32,297 nucleotides of DNA from a virus (IMGVR_UViG_3300037851_000586:1-32297); one strand, 5' to 3'; positions 17,133 through 25,966 are shown, counted from the stretch's first letter. Numbers and translations: made by a program. The notes: generated by a model from the letters alone, not told the origin.

Positions 17133-17704
17133 AGTAGCCTCCGGTAGCTCGCCAGAATTGCGGCGATATGCGGCGGCATGGGGTCCGCGGCGAACTGAGC
17201 GACCAGCGCGCTGTTCACTTCCACGGACGTGTAGCCCTCGGTCCCGCGCCGGTTCCATAGGAACGACGCCATCTGCAGCGTCGCTAGCCCGATGGCCGCC
17301 GGTGCGGTAACGCTGTACGCCCACTTGCCCGATACCGCAATGGCGTTTTCGGGATCGTCGGTGTAGGTCCAACTCTGTGCGCTGCTACCCTTGATGCGCA
17401 GACCGTAGTACGGAGCGGCGTTGAACGGCAGCGTCACGTAGTCGCCGGTCGTGACGGTCGTGCTGTCCCCGTTGGTGACGCTGTTGATGCTGCACAGCGG
17501 CGCGTCGAACCACAATTCGCGACCATGCACGTCGTCCACCGCGTGGAAGTAGCGCGTGGAGTTGGCGCCGGCCTCGAACGTTTGCCCGCAATAGTTGTCC
17601 ACCGCAACCTGCGCCTGGTCGAGGTACAGTTGCAGCAGCGGGTCATCCGCCGTCGTCGTGATCCCCAACGTGGTCTTTAGTTGCGCCAACGTCGCGTAGC
17701 TCAT
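17129..17704 (-). CDS. Head-tail adaptor (HK97 gp6 / SPP1 gp15-like, 191 aa)
   Basis: MSYATLAQLKTTLGI...DDPLL...VDNYCGQTF...PAAIGLATLQMA...ILASYRR. Confidence 0.88.
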   Translation of the reverse strand: MSYATLAQLKTTLGITTTADDPLLQLYLDQAQVAVDNYCGQTFEAGANSTRYFHAVDDVHGRELWFDAPLCSINSVTNGDSTTVTTGDYVTLPFNAAPYYGLRIKGSSAQSWTYTDDPENAIAVSGKWAYSVTAPAAIGLATLQMASFLWNRRGTEGYTSVEVNSALVAQFAADPMPPHIAAILASYRRLL

Positions 17705-17870
17705 GCCCCTGGTCCTTGCGCTGCCGGTCGCGCTTGGGTTTGGGCGGGTCGGGGATGACCTCGGCCACCCCCGCCCGCACCATCGCCGTCACTTGGTCAG
17801 GCCGGAACACGCTGTCGGCCAGGAGCATGCCCGGCGTATACGTGTTGACCGGCCTCAGTACTCGAATCAT
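17643..17870 (-). CDS. Small hypothetical protein (75 aa) after the decoration gene
   Basis: ATGA coupling to the upstream gene; MVRAGVAEVI motif and basic tail common at this position; overlaps the adaptor gene by 62 nt. Confidence 0.6.
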   Translation of the reverse strand: MIRVLRPVNTYTPGMLLADSVFRPDQVTAMVRAGVAEVIPDPPKPKRDRQRKDQGHELRDVGATKDHVGDHDDGG

Positions 17871-18310
17871 GCGGTGACGATCTCGTCAACGGATGCTAGG
17901 TCGCCGTCCCTCGCCGGTGCGAAGTTGCGCGGCCGCCCCAGGGCAATCACGCCCGCATCGCTCGTAGCGGTCGCGATGACCAAGCTGCCCTTGATGAAGC
18001 GCTTGCCCGCAGTGATGACCTCGGCCCCGCTGACCTCGACCACGACCTGCTTGTCGCTGTCGGTCCCCGCCTCGGTCAGCTGCGTGATGTTCTTCGCCAG
18101 CGTAGCGTAGGTGCCGCCGCTGGTCGTAGATGCGGTCACGTCGAAGTCGACCGTGGCGCTCGTGCCCAGCGTCCCGGCCATGACAACGAATGCCACGCGC
18201 TCCCAGTCCTGCATGTCAATTGCCGCAGTCAGGTATGTGCTGGCAGCATACGCGTCAGGGTCAATGATGCCGACCACAGCCCAATCGTCCGTGAAGAATG
18301 TGTTACCCAT
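17867..18310 (-). CDS. Capsid decoration / cement-like protein (147 aa, MGNTFFTDDW...)
   Basis: Immediately after the capsid gene; jelly-roll-like pattern (AIDMQDWERVAFVVMAG...KRFIK); start moved to the ATG at 18310. Confidence 0.7.
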   Translation of the reverse strand: MGNTFFTDDWAVVGIIDPDAYAASTYLTAAIDMQDWERVAFVVMAGTLGTSATVDFDVTASTTSGGTYATLAKNITQLTEAGTDSDKQVVVEVSGAEVITAGKRFIKGSLVIATATSDAGVIALGRPRNFAPARDGDLASVDEIVTA

Positions 18311-18323
18311 CGTTACGGTCCCC

Positions 18324-19532
18324 CTAGTCGTTGTGGTACAGGAAGGGGCTAACGGTGTACGCCGACGGACTCGCGAGCGTGATGTAGCTCTTGAGCCACG
18401 GCTTGCCGTCGAGCCGCTTCGTAAAGCGCCATGTGCCCTGGTCGGTCGTGAATGCCACATGCTCGCTGAAACTGACCGTCAGCCCCTGCCGGTCAAAGAT
18501 CAGGTATGCGGACAAATCCGCCAGAATCGCGTCGTCGGTGTTCGGATTGGGCATGTGTTCGGACAACAGCACCGGATAGCCCAGAAGCGGTTGCGCTAAC
18601 TGATTCGGGCCTCCAATGCCCTCGCGTGGCGCAATCTGCGGCATTGCATTGCCGGTCGTGCCAAACGTACTGCCCGCCAGGTCGGGGATTAGACCGGGGT
18701 GCATGATCCATACCGTGCGACCGGCGTACGGCCAGAACTGCGCAAGCATGTTCATGGCGTCGGTCAGCGCGAACACGTTGTCGCTCGCGGTCGTTACGCC
18801 GATGGTGCAGTCCGCTTCGAGAATGCCGACGGGTTGCCCCACGCCGGTCCCGCGCAGGAATGCGTAGTCCTCCATCGCGGCGACCGCTCGTCCGAACAAC
18901 GCGGACAGCAGCGACTCAATCGCAATGGCGCTGTCGGCGAGTAGCTCATTGCTCACCGTAGTGTAGCCGCCGAGCTTGTGTACCCTCCACTCGATCTGCT
19001 TGAACGCGGGGTCGGTGCTGTTGAGCGTACCGGCCTCTTCCTCCCATGCCGCGACCACCCCGCCCGCGAATGCGCTGTTGCCTACGCCCGCAGTCGGCGC
19101 GGTGTACTGGTCGAGAGCAGGGATGCTACCGGCGTTGGTCGTGACGGGGATTACGGTCGCCCGCGGCCGCACGATGCTGGCGTTGTTGGCGACTTGCATC
19201 AGCATGGTCTCAAACTCGGGCGGCACCAAGAACCCGCCCGCTGCGCCGCCAGTCTCGCCAAGCGCTTTCGTCGTCTTGTAGACCTCGGCCAGGCGCTTGG
19301 TATCGTTGCGCTGGACCGCGACCAGGAAGTCGCCAAAGGTCTTGATCTGCGGGTCGGCAGCGCCCCCGTCCATTGTGACATAGCCCGCGTTCTTGACCTT
19401 CGGGCTGTCCTGAATGTAGGTCAGCACCTGGTTTAGCGCATCGGACAAGTCATTGATCTGGCCGCGCATCAGCTTCAGGTCCTCGTTTACTTCTAGACCC
19501 TGCGGCTGTGCGACCTGTTGTTCCTCACTCAT
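18324..19532 (-). CDS. Nested major capsid protein from an internal in-frame start (402 aa, MSEEQQ...)
   Basis: GGAGGA-AACTACG-ATG at the protease/capsid boundary (Met192 of the fusion). Confidence 0.75.
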   Translation of the reverse strand: MSEEQQVAQPQGLEVNEDLKLMRGQINDLSDALNQVLTYIQDSPKVKNAGYVTMDGGAADPQIKTFGDFLVAVQRNDTKRLAEVYKTTKALGETGGAAGGFLVPPEFETMLMQVANNASIVRPRATVIPVTTNAGSIPALDQYTAPTAGVGNSAFAGGVVAAWEEEAGTLNSTDPAFKQIEWRVHKLGGYTTVSNELLADSAIAIESLLSALFGRAVAAMEDYAFLRGTGVGQPVGILEADCTIGVTTASDNVFALTDAMNMLAQFWPYAGRTVWIMHPGLIPDLAGSTFGTTGNAMPQIAPREGIGGPNQLAQPLLGYPVLLSEHMPNPNTDDAILADLSAYLIFDRQGLTVSFSEHVAFTTDQGTWRFTKRLDGKPWLKSYITLASPSAYTVSPFLYHND

Positions 19533-20105
19533 CGTAGTTTCCTCCACAAACTCGAGAATCGGTAACGGCGGCTCGGTCTGCGGTTCGTCTGCGCCTTGCG
19601 CTACGGATGGCCCGTCCGTCTCCGGCAATAGCGCCTCAAACTCTCCGTCCAACGTCGCCAGATGTTTTATCAGGTCAACGCCCAACGTGCGCGGTTCCGC
19701 GGGCGTGGGCGTGAGGCTGAACTCCACAATCGGCCAGCGCTTGATGGCCTTCCCCTCGCGCTGCGTGAGATGCCCCACACTGCCCGATGACCATCCCAAC
19801 GCGCCCTTTTCCACCAACGACAGCACGGCGTCCATGTACTGCGCGTGGCGGTCCAGCTCGGCCTCGACCCACAGTCCCACGTCGTCGGCCTCCACCTTCG
19901 TAGTCGCACCCAGCACTGCCTTGACGTGACCCTGCGCATGGTCGTACAGCACGAGCTTGGTCGGCGCGAGTTCGGGCATGAAGTCCGTATCAGGCCCAAA
20001 CGTCTCGCCCTGCAGGTCCACGCCCCCGAAGACAACGCCATAGCCCGCAACCGTGGCGTGGCTGTCGGTCAGCGCCTTGAGTTCGACGCGTGTCGTGTAT
20101 TCCAT
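18324..20105 (-). CDS. HK97-type prohead protease - major capsid protein fusion (593 aa)
   Basis: Protease motifs VAGYGVVFG, LYDH, GLWVEAEL, GWSSGS, EFSLTPTPAEPR; capsid motifs GGFLVP, HKLGGYTTVSNELLADS, AFLRGTGVGQPVGIL, LLGYPV, RLDGKP. Confidence 0.95.
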   Translation of the reverse strand: MEYTTRVELKALTDSHATVAGYGVVFGGVDLQGETFGPDTDFMPELAPTKLVLYDHAQGHVKAVLGATTKVEADDVGLWVEAELDRHAQYMDAVLSLVEKGALGWSSGSVGHLTQREGKAIKRWPIVEFSLTPTPAEPRTLGVDLIKHLATLDGEFEALLPETDGPSVAQGADEPQTEPPLPILEFVEETTMSEEQQVAQPQGLEVNEDLKLMRGQINDLSDALNQVLTYIQDSPKVKNAGYVTMDGGAADPQIKTFGDFLVAVQRNDTKRLAEVYKTTKALGETGGAAGGFLVPPEFETMLMQVANNASIVRPRATVIPVTTNAGSIPALDQYTAPTAGVGNSAFAGGVVAAWEEEAGTLNSTDPAFKQIEWRVHKLGGYTTVSNELLADSAIAIESLLSALFGRAVAAMEDYAFLRGTGVGQPVGILEADCTIGVTTASDNVFALTDAMNMLAQFWPYAGRTVWIMHPGLIPDLAGSTFGTTGNAMPQIAPREGIGGPNQLAQPLLGYPVLLSEHMPNPNTDDAILADLSAYLIFDRQGLTVSFSEHVAFTTDQGTWRFTKRLDGKPWLKSYITLASPSAYTVSPFLYHND

Positions 20106-20117
20106 CGGTCCCCCCCC

Positions 20118-20510
20118 CTACCCCAGCGCGGCGGCCACTACCGCCTCGAAGTCCTTTTCAATTCCGGGCAATGCCGCGCGCAATACCTGCTCATCGGTCT
20201 GCCAACGGCCGCGATGCATCCACGCCTGGAATACCGACGATTGCACGAATGGCCCGTAAAGCACCTTGTTGCCGACCTTGCCCTGTACCCCGCCATTCGG
20301 TTGCGTCACGTTCGCGGTCCAAGACTTGCCTAGCACCGAGGTGCGCTGGTATCTCGACCCCGACGGCGCGGGCGGGTAGTCCGCCATCTTTTCCTGAATG
20401 AGATACACGGCCCGCCACATGGGGGCTAGCAACGTCTCTTGCGCCGCCATCGTGCCGAACTTGCGGTACAGTTCGGGCAGACCACGAATCTCCAGTTCAA
20501 TCGCGGCCAC
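20118..20510 (-). CDS. HK97 gp10-like / virion morphogenesis protein (130 aa)
   Basis: IEIRGLPEL-type start, YQRTSVLGKSW, VGNKVLYGPFVQ. Confidence 0.7.
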   Translation of the reverse strand: MAAIELEIRGLPELYRKFGTMAAQETLLAPMWRAVYLIQEKMADYPPAPSGSRYQRTSVLGKSWTANVTQPNGGVQGKVGNKVLYGPFVQSSVFQAWMHRGRWQTDEQVLRAALPGIEKDFEAVVAAALG

Positions 20511-21237
20511 GTTGATACTCCTGCTCAGTCATAATCATCGGCACAATCCAACAGCGGCAACCAGGGTGCGCGGGCGGGAATATGCCCTGCACGCCATCGG
20601 CTAGCGGCGCCGGGTCTGCGTTGCCCAGCGGACCGCAGATGGGACATACCCGCTCGTCCATTGCCGTGCGCCACTTGATTAGACTCACCACGCCGCTTTC
20701 CCGATAGGCGATGCGATTCGCTTCCGCAAACGCGCGTGTGACCTCGGTCGCGGCGATTAACTCTGCGCGTCTGCGGCCAAATAGACCGGTCAGGTCTTCC
20801 GTCAGCCCGCCCAGCGGGTCGCCATTTTGCATCCACCGCCCTATCGCCTGTTGCACCGTGCGCCGCGTGGTATCGTCAATGTCCCGAATCAAAGCGCCGG
20901 CGTGCTGTTCTGCCCACTCACGCGCCCGAACGTTGACCATCGTCCAGTCGAACCCGAAGCCCACGTTTTCAAACTGCCGTGCGGCCACACTGACGCCGAG
21001 GTCCGCAGAGCGGGTCAACTCGCGCGCCAGGATGTCTCGCACCCGCTGCGGCATGGCGGCGTTGGCCGTCACTGCACGCGCTACGTCGGTCGGGTCCATA
21101 TCGTCTGCCCCAGGCGGTAGCAACACGGCCATGTGGTCCTGCATAGCGTTGGCCAGTTCGCGTGCCATGCGCCGTTCTATGCTCATCCGCTCGTCACGTT
21201 CCGCTTCGTCGTCGTCCGGATTCAACTGCAGTATCAT
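20497..21237 (-). CDS. Minor head protein (SPP1 gp7 / Mu F family)
   Basis: RAELIAATEVTRA, WRTAMDERVCPICGPL, PPAHPGCRC; start uncertain (ATG 21237 has a weak RBS; see frameshift finding). Confidence 0.92.
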   Translation of the reverse strand: MILQLNPDDDEAERDERMSIERRMARELANAMQDHMAVLLPPGADDMDPTDVARAVTANAAMPQRVRDILARELTRSADLGVSVAARQFENVGFGFDWTMVNVRAREWAEQHAGALIRDIDDTTRRTVQQAIGRWMQNGDPLGGLTEDLTGLFGRRRAELIAATEVTRAFAEANRIAYRESGVVSLIKWRTAMDERVCPICGPLGNADPAPLADGVQGIFPPAHPGCRCWIVPMIMTEQEYQRGRD

Positions 21238-21250
21238 CGCCTTGATCCGC

Positions 21251-22627
21251 TCAGGGATACCCGTGCCATGCCAGACGAAAGGGGTCTGCAACCGTGGCTG
21301 CCTCCATGCCCTCGACAATGGCGCGCTTCTCGCTGTCGCTCAAAACGGTACTAGCAAACTGTGCCACGTCGGGCGATTTGCGTTTCCGCGCCCACGCCCG
21401 CAAGCGCCGCATCTCGGCCTGCCGCTCCGCGTCGTCTATCACCGGCATGGTCACGGGCGGCGGCATCTCAGCCGGGTCCGGTTCCTCCGGGTCTAGGTCC
21501 GCATACTCCATATCCGCGGGCAGGTCCACGCCCAGAATCTCGGCGGCGATGGATAACTTCATGCCCGCATCTACATACATCTTGATGGCCGCGGCCCGTT
21601 CGTTCTCGTCGGCCTGGTAGATGGTCATCTCCTCGGGCCGGAAGCCGAACGTCAAGCCCAGCGGCTCGAATAGTTGCACGTTTAGTTGCCGCGCGATGCG
21701 CGTCGCCTCGGGCAGTACGGTCAGGTTGTAAAAGTTCAACTCGTCCTGTTGCGCCGTGGCATAGTTGGCCGCGTTCGCCATGACCAGACTGGACGGTACA
21801 CCTAGCGCCGTGGCGATGTCGGTGCGCTTTTCCGCGGTCAGGTCATTGTTGGACAACTCCCCGATGCCCTCGCCCACCACGGTGGATGTAATCGCATCGG
21901 CGTTGATGACCGCATTGCCCCAACTGTTCCGCATCCCCGTCATAAAGCGGTTCCACCACGCGCGCACGCGCTTGCGCTCGGCCTCCGGCGTGGCCGACGG
22001 GATCGCCAGCAGCGTAGCTTTGACGGCTCCGCGCTCGAAGTAGCTCGCGACGAACTGGTCCATGTTGTACAACACGCCCGCTGCAGACATGGCGGCCGCG
22101 GCCGGTGGCGTGCGCGGCCGCGTCTCGTGTTCCCCGCGCAACCACACCCACACCACGTCGTCGGTCGGCATAAAGAACGGGTCACGTCCAGGGATGTGGC
22201 GCTCAAAGCCCGTCAGTCCTGCGTCCCCGTCCCACAGCGGTTTCATCGTGGCCGACATGAGCCAGCGCACCAGCGCCAACCGTCGCCCGCGGCGTTGCTG
22301 CTGCCAAAACGCCTGTGACCCAAAACATAGTTCTGCCTCGGTTTGCGCCAACAGGTCGGGCAGGTTCCGCAACGCCTGCAATTCTGCCGGCGGCGCTGAG
22401 TCTTTGCTGGTCCACACCTCGTCGTCGCCGCGTTCGATGGCCCACGGCAAACCCGCAATGGCGTTGGCGCGCACGTCAATACAGCGATACAGGAACGCGA
22501 CCGATTGCGCTAGCTTGCGGTCTTTGTTCTCACCGTACGTGCCGGAGATGACGCGCCAGGCTTCTTCGGGCAGGTCATTGATGTTGACGGTCTTTGCGCC
22601 GTCAATCAGTTGATAGTGCAGCGCCAT
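21251..22627 (-). CDS. Portal protein (HK97 family)
   Basis: LYRCIDVRANAIAGLPW, YFERGA, IATALGVP, ANYATA, FYNLTVLP; after TerL; start is ATG 22627 or 22636. Confidence 0.93.
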   Translation of the reverse strand: MALHYQLIDGAKTVNINDLPEEAWRVISGTYGENKDRKLAQSVAFLYRCIDVRANAIAGLPWAIERGDDEVWTSKDSAPPAELQALRNLPDLLAQTEAELCFGSQAFWQQQRRGRRLALVRWLMSATMKPLWDGDAGLTGFERHIPGRDPFFMPTDDVVWVWLRGEHETRPRTPPAAAAMSAAGVLYNMDQFVASYFERGAVKATLLAIPSATPEAERKRVRAWWNRFMTGMRNSWGNAVINADAITSTVVGEGIGELSNNDLTAEKRTDIATALGVPSSLVMANAANYATAQQDELNFYNLTVLPEATRIARQLNVQLFEPLGLTFGFRPEEMTIYQADENERAAAIKMYVDAGMKLSIAAEILGVDLPADMEYADLDPEEPDPAEMPPPVTMPVIDDAERQAEMRRLRAWARKRKSPDVAQFASTVLSDSEKRAIVEGMEAATVADPFRLAWHGYP

Positions 22628-22674
22628 ATCCCCCATGCCCTCCACCGTAGCACGCATCCGTTGCCAATTTGTCA

Positions 22675-23877
22675 CTACGCCAGTAGCCACGTCTCGGTGG
22701 CCGCCGCCTGCCACGCGATGGCTAGCGACATCACGCAGTCATCGTGCATCCCGTCCGGCGCGCCATAGCGAATCAGGCCCGTCGCGGTGCGGTCCATCTC
22801 GTACGCTTGCAACTCGCCGACCAGCACGGGGTCGTCCAGAATGGCGATGTCCCCGCGCTCAAACGCCAACGCCAGCGCGTCAATGGCAACCTGCTTGGTC
22901 GCCTGCGTCGTGTTGAACGCCTGCACCGGCATCCCCTGCCGCCGCAGTTGGTCAATCAGCGGCTCGCCCATGCTGTTGCTTTCGGCAAGCACCGTGTACG
23001 GTCGGAACCGCTCGTACAGCGCCGTCAACCGGCCAAGCTGGATCACGTAGTCAATCTGGTTGAAGCGGTCCAGATACGCCATGCGGCGGTCGGTCACGTC
23101 GAGGACGGTCAGCACGGTGAAGTCGCCCGACTTGCCCCAGTCCACGCCGATGGCGTACTGGTGTCTCGCCGTCGGTTCGCTCTGCCATTGTGCGGTTGCG
23201 GCCTCACGCACGCGGCGGAACACCCCGCCGCCGTCCTCCAAGAATTGCGCTTGAATCTCCTGGTTGTACACGCGTTCGGGCATGGTGCGCCGCATCTCGG
23301 CTATCTCTTCTGCCGAGATAGTGCCCACGCTGCTGGGCATCTGCCACGATACCCAGTCCAGCATCGTCGGGTCTTGTCCCCACTGCCACATCTGCCAGAA
23401 CGCGTTGCGTCCTTTGGGTGTGGATAGGAACCACGCGTCGCCGCCGTAGTCGGCCAGCGTCGGGCGCAATGCGTACTGCCACGTGTCCATAAGCGTCGGC
23501 ACCATTGCCGCTTCGTCTACGATGATACGCGCGTACTTGCGCCCGCGTGCCACATCGGGATTGTCCAGGCTCCAAAACTCCAACAACCCACCCGTGAGGA
23601 ATTCCAACCGCCGCTCTTGTACATTGCGGCGCACGGTAATCGGTCCGAACGTTCGCACCGCTTCACGCCACACTTCCAGTAACATCTTGTACGTCGGCGA
23701 GAACCACCCCACCGGATACGCCAACGTGCGCGGTGTGGCGCAACGGTCCAGACCAAGCACGGTCTTGCCCGCACGCCTGCCCACGTTGACTACGTTGAAG
23801 CGCCGCGCCTCACGCACTACCGTCTGCTGCCACGGTAAGAGCCGCGGGAGCGTCAGGCGCAACGTCAATGTATTCAA
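22675..23877 (-). CDS. terL: Terminase large subunit
   Basis: Walker A GRRAGKT, Walker B IIVDEAA, LSTPKG, nuclease GVDWG and HDDCVMSLA; start uncertain (TTG near 23862-23877, frame open to 23916). Confidence 0.96.
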   Translation of the reverse strand: MNTLTLRLTLPRLLPWQQTVVREARRFNVVNVGRRAGKTVLGLDRCATPRTLAYPVGWFSPTYKMLLEVWREAVRTFGPITVRRNVQERRLEFLTGGLLEFWSLDNPDVARGRKYARIIVDEAAMVPTLMDTWQYALRPTLADYGGDAWFLSTPKGRNAFWQMWQWGQDPTMLDWVSWQMPSSVGTISAEEIAEMRRTMPERVYNQEIQAQFLEDGGGVFRRVREAATAQWQSEPTARHQYAIGVDWGKSGDFTVLTVLDVTDRRMAYLDRFNQIDYVIQLGRLTALYERFRPYTVLAESNSMGEPLIDQLRRQGMPVQAFNTTQATKQVAIDALALAFERGDIAILDDPVLVGELQAYEMDRTATGLIRYGAPDGMHDDCVMSLAIAWQAAATETWLLA

Positions 23878-24241
23878 TGACAATCCGGCTCGTACTGCTA
23901 TCGGTCGGTCCCCCACTCAATAGCTGCAACTTGTCCACAATAATTCCCAGGGCTATCGCCAGGTCACGATAGCCCGCTTCTTCGCGCTTGCCCGCCATCT
24001 CGACCAGAATCTCGGTTGCTTCCTCGCGCAACATGTCGCGTAGTTCGGCGCGCTTGACTTGGATGATATGCTGCGGCGCTCCGGTGCGCTCGCCTTTAGC
24101 CCAGCGTTCAATCGTGCGGCGCGGGATGCGGAACCGTTCCGACACGCGTGCGGATGCCCCCGGCGTGTCGGGATAGCCCGCCGCCTGGAGAAATGCCATC
24201 ACACTAGCGATTGTTTCATCGGAGTACCGCGGGCGTCCCAT
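23810..24241 (-). CDS. terS: Probable terminase small subunit (143 aa)
   Basis: N-terminal HTH-like segment (ARVSERFRIPRRTIERW), helical middle, C-terminal RIVIEY strand; overlaps the TerL start. Confidence 0.7.
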   Translation of the reverse strand: MGRPRYSDETIASVMAFLQAAGYPDTPGASARVSERFRIPRRTIERWAKGERTGAPQHIIQVKRAELRDMLREEATEILVEMAGKREEAGYRDLAIALGIIVDKLQLLSGGPTDSSTSRIVIEYIDVAPDAPAALTVAADGSA

Positions 24242-24244
24242 AGG

Positions 24245-24556
24245 TCACCGGTTCACCACCTGCACGTAGATCGTGCGCTCGTCGGTGCGGTTCGCCGTGG
24301 TCACAATGCGGCATACCACAGCGTAGCTCTCCCCCGCCGTCCCGCCCGACAGCCACGCCCGCACCGCCGTGTTGGTGTTGACCAACGCGCTGCTGTCTAC
24401 CGTCAGTCCCGTCGGCGCGGTCACCGTGTGGCTACTGATCGCCTCGGCGCTAGCTAACCAGTCGCCGGTTCCGGTCCCGTTTGTCAGCGACTTCCAGTCC
24501 CACACGTAGTCGAGTATGGCGGAGGGGTCCTTTAGGAACGCGTTGCTGGTTGTCAT
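24245..24556 (-). CDS. Small beta-sandwich fibre adaptor-like virion protein (103 aa)
   Basis: KDPSAILDYVWDW...WL...AWLSGGTAGESYAVVCRIVT...RTDERT; a phage family that I recall usually lies next to fibre genes. Confidence 0.7.
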   Translation of the reverse strand: MTTSNAFLKDPSAILDYVWDWKSLTNGTGTGDWLASAEAISSHTVTAPTGLTVDSSALVNTNTAVRAWLSGGTAGESYAVVCRIVTTANRTDERTIYVQVVNR

Positions 24557-25467
24557 GCGAGCCGCTCCTCGCTGTCTATCACCTCGGCGACCGCCACGCC
24601 CAACGGCAGCGGTTCGTCTTCGTCCTGCGCCGCGGTCGCCAGCGGCACGCTGGGCGTCACGTACGGGTTGTGCGTCGGGAACACCGTGCCGTCCGGGTTG
24701 ATATGCCGAGCGTACAGGTTCGTGTCAACCAAGAACGGGAATCGCTTGTCGGGCAGGTTGTCCACATACGCCCCCCATCCCGCCTTGCGCAGATAGTCGC
24801 CCTCAATGACGCGCTTGCACCACTCCAGGTCGGACGTGCCGGACACCGTGTTGTACTGCCCGCTGGCCGGGTCGTACCACGCCCGCCGCGGCGTCTCGAA
24901 CACACGCCGCGTGGTCACGCCACGCACCTGGTATTCCTCGCTGTCCTTCCACATCTCCCGCAGCACCGCATGGTGGACCAGCAGCAGTCCGGTCGGCACG
25001 CCGTCGGCGTAGACCAGGTCGCCCATCTGCCAGTTGCGGTATGCGCCGGTCCCACGGCCACGGTAGACCAGCGGGTCGCTAGGCCAACCGCGCGTGAAGT
25101 ACAACCCGCTCACAATCGGCGTGCGCTCGTCGCTCATGTAGCGGTCCAACCGCACCGTGAAGTCCGGCATCGGGCACACGTCATGCTCCCACAACAGCAG
25201 CCACTCGTAGTCGGCCTCAAGGCAATGCTTGACGATCAGGTTCTGCGCGTCGTCTACCTGGTAGCGCAACGGCATGTAACTGTTGAGGTACGACAACATA
25301 GATACGTGCGACCAGTTGCACGGAATGAGTTGTCCGTAACGCGCCTCTACCCACTCGATGCGCACCAACCCCGTCACCGCCGTCCCTACCAGGATACGGT
25401 TCACGTAGCCCGGGTCGCCGCTGTCGTGGACAATGGTCCTATATCCCCGCACCGGACTATCGCTCAC
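24553..25467 (-). CDS. GT-A fold (GT2-like) glycosyltransferase (304 aa)
   Basis: VDDAQNLIV, YEWLLLWEHDV, IVSGLYF, DGVPTGLLLVH, SDLEWCKR, VDTNLYARHI. Confidence 0.82.
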   Translation of the reverse strand: MSDSPVRGYRTIVHDSGDPGYVNRILVGTAVTGLVRIEWVEARYGQLIPCNWSHVSMLSYLNSYMPLRYQVDDAQNLIVKHCLEADYEWLLLWEHDVCPMPDFTVRLDRYMSDERTPIVSGLYFTRGWPSDPLVYRGRGTGAYRNWQMGDLVYADGVPTGLLLVHHAVLREMWKDSEEYQVRGVTTRRVFETPRRAWYDPASGQYNTVSGTSDLEWCKRVIEGDYLRKAGWGAYVDNLPDKRFPFLVDTNLYARHINPDGTVFPTHNPYVTPSVPLATAAQDEDEPLPLGVAVAEVIDSEERLA

Positions 25468-25966
25468 CGTACACGTCCTCTCGCTTGACCAGAATCACCT
25501 CGATGTTGGCGCTAGGGTCCCACGCCAGAAACTCGATGCGCCACGGCTTCGGCTTGTAGATGCTCCACAGTAACCCCTGCGTACTCGGTTCCTCAGGGTC
25601 AAAATACGCCCACGTCGTCTCATTGCACGCGTTGCAATGCGTCGGGTCCTGCAGATACCCCTGGCTATTGCCGTGCGGCAGCGCCAACGCCGCCTTGCCG
25701 CCGACCTGCATCACGCGCCACAGTTCGTCCATCCAGCGGATGAATCCGAACCGCGCCGGATAGATATGCTCGACCACGTGCGACGCGACCGCCACCGTTA
25801 CGCACGCGTCCGGCAGCGGCCACGGGTACACCTCGAAGTCATGCACGATGTCTACGCCAGGCAACGGCCTGACGTCCATCCCCACCCAGTCCGCGCCTTG
25901 CTTGTGCGCGCCGCACCCGATGTCGAGCCGGATGCCCGCCCTTTCCCGTAGGAGTTCGTCTATCAC
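25457..25966 (-). CDS. Class I SAM-dependent methyltransferase, small-molecule/glycan type (169 aa)
   Basis: Motif I LDIGCG, VDIVHD, ASHVVEHI, ELWRVM..GG, DPTH; no DNA-MTase DPPY or PC motif. Confidence 0.88.
   Translation of the reverse strand: MIDELLRERAGIRLDIGCGAHKQGADWVGMDVRPLPGVDIVHDFEVYPWPLPDACVTVAVASHVVEHIYPARFGFIRWMDELWRVMQVGGKAALALPHGNSQGYLQDPTHCNACNETTWAYFDPEEPSTQGLLWSIYKPKPWRIEFLAWDPSANIEVILVKREDVYGER

Noticed and set aside
17133-17372. N-terminal 80 aa of track ORF 16488-17372
   Set aside because: Lies inside the adaptor gene in another frame; the GT fold begins at GTG 17132, which has its own GGAGG.
24481-25488. Long + strand ORFs opposite late genes (also 27760-28707, 20711-21496, 22744-23427)
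   Set aside because: Antisense shadows typical of high-GC coding DNA; mostly Arg/Ala/Ser-rich, with no motifs or RBS noticed.
25457-25966. Methyltransferase as a DNA or restriction-modification MTase
   Set aside because: Too short and lacks DPPY/NPPY or PC catalytic motifs; matches small-molecule/glycan MTases.
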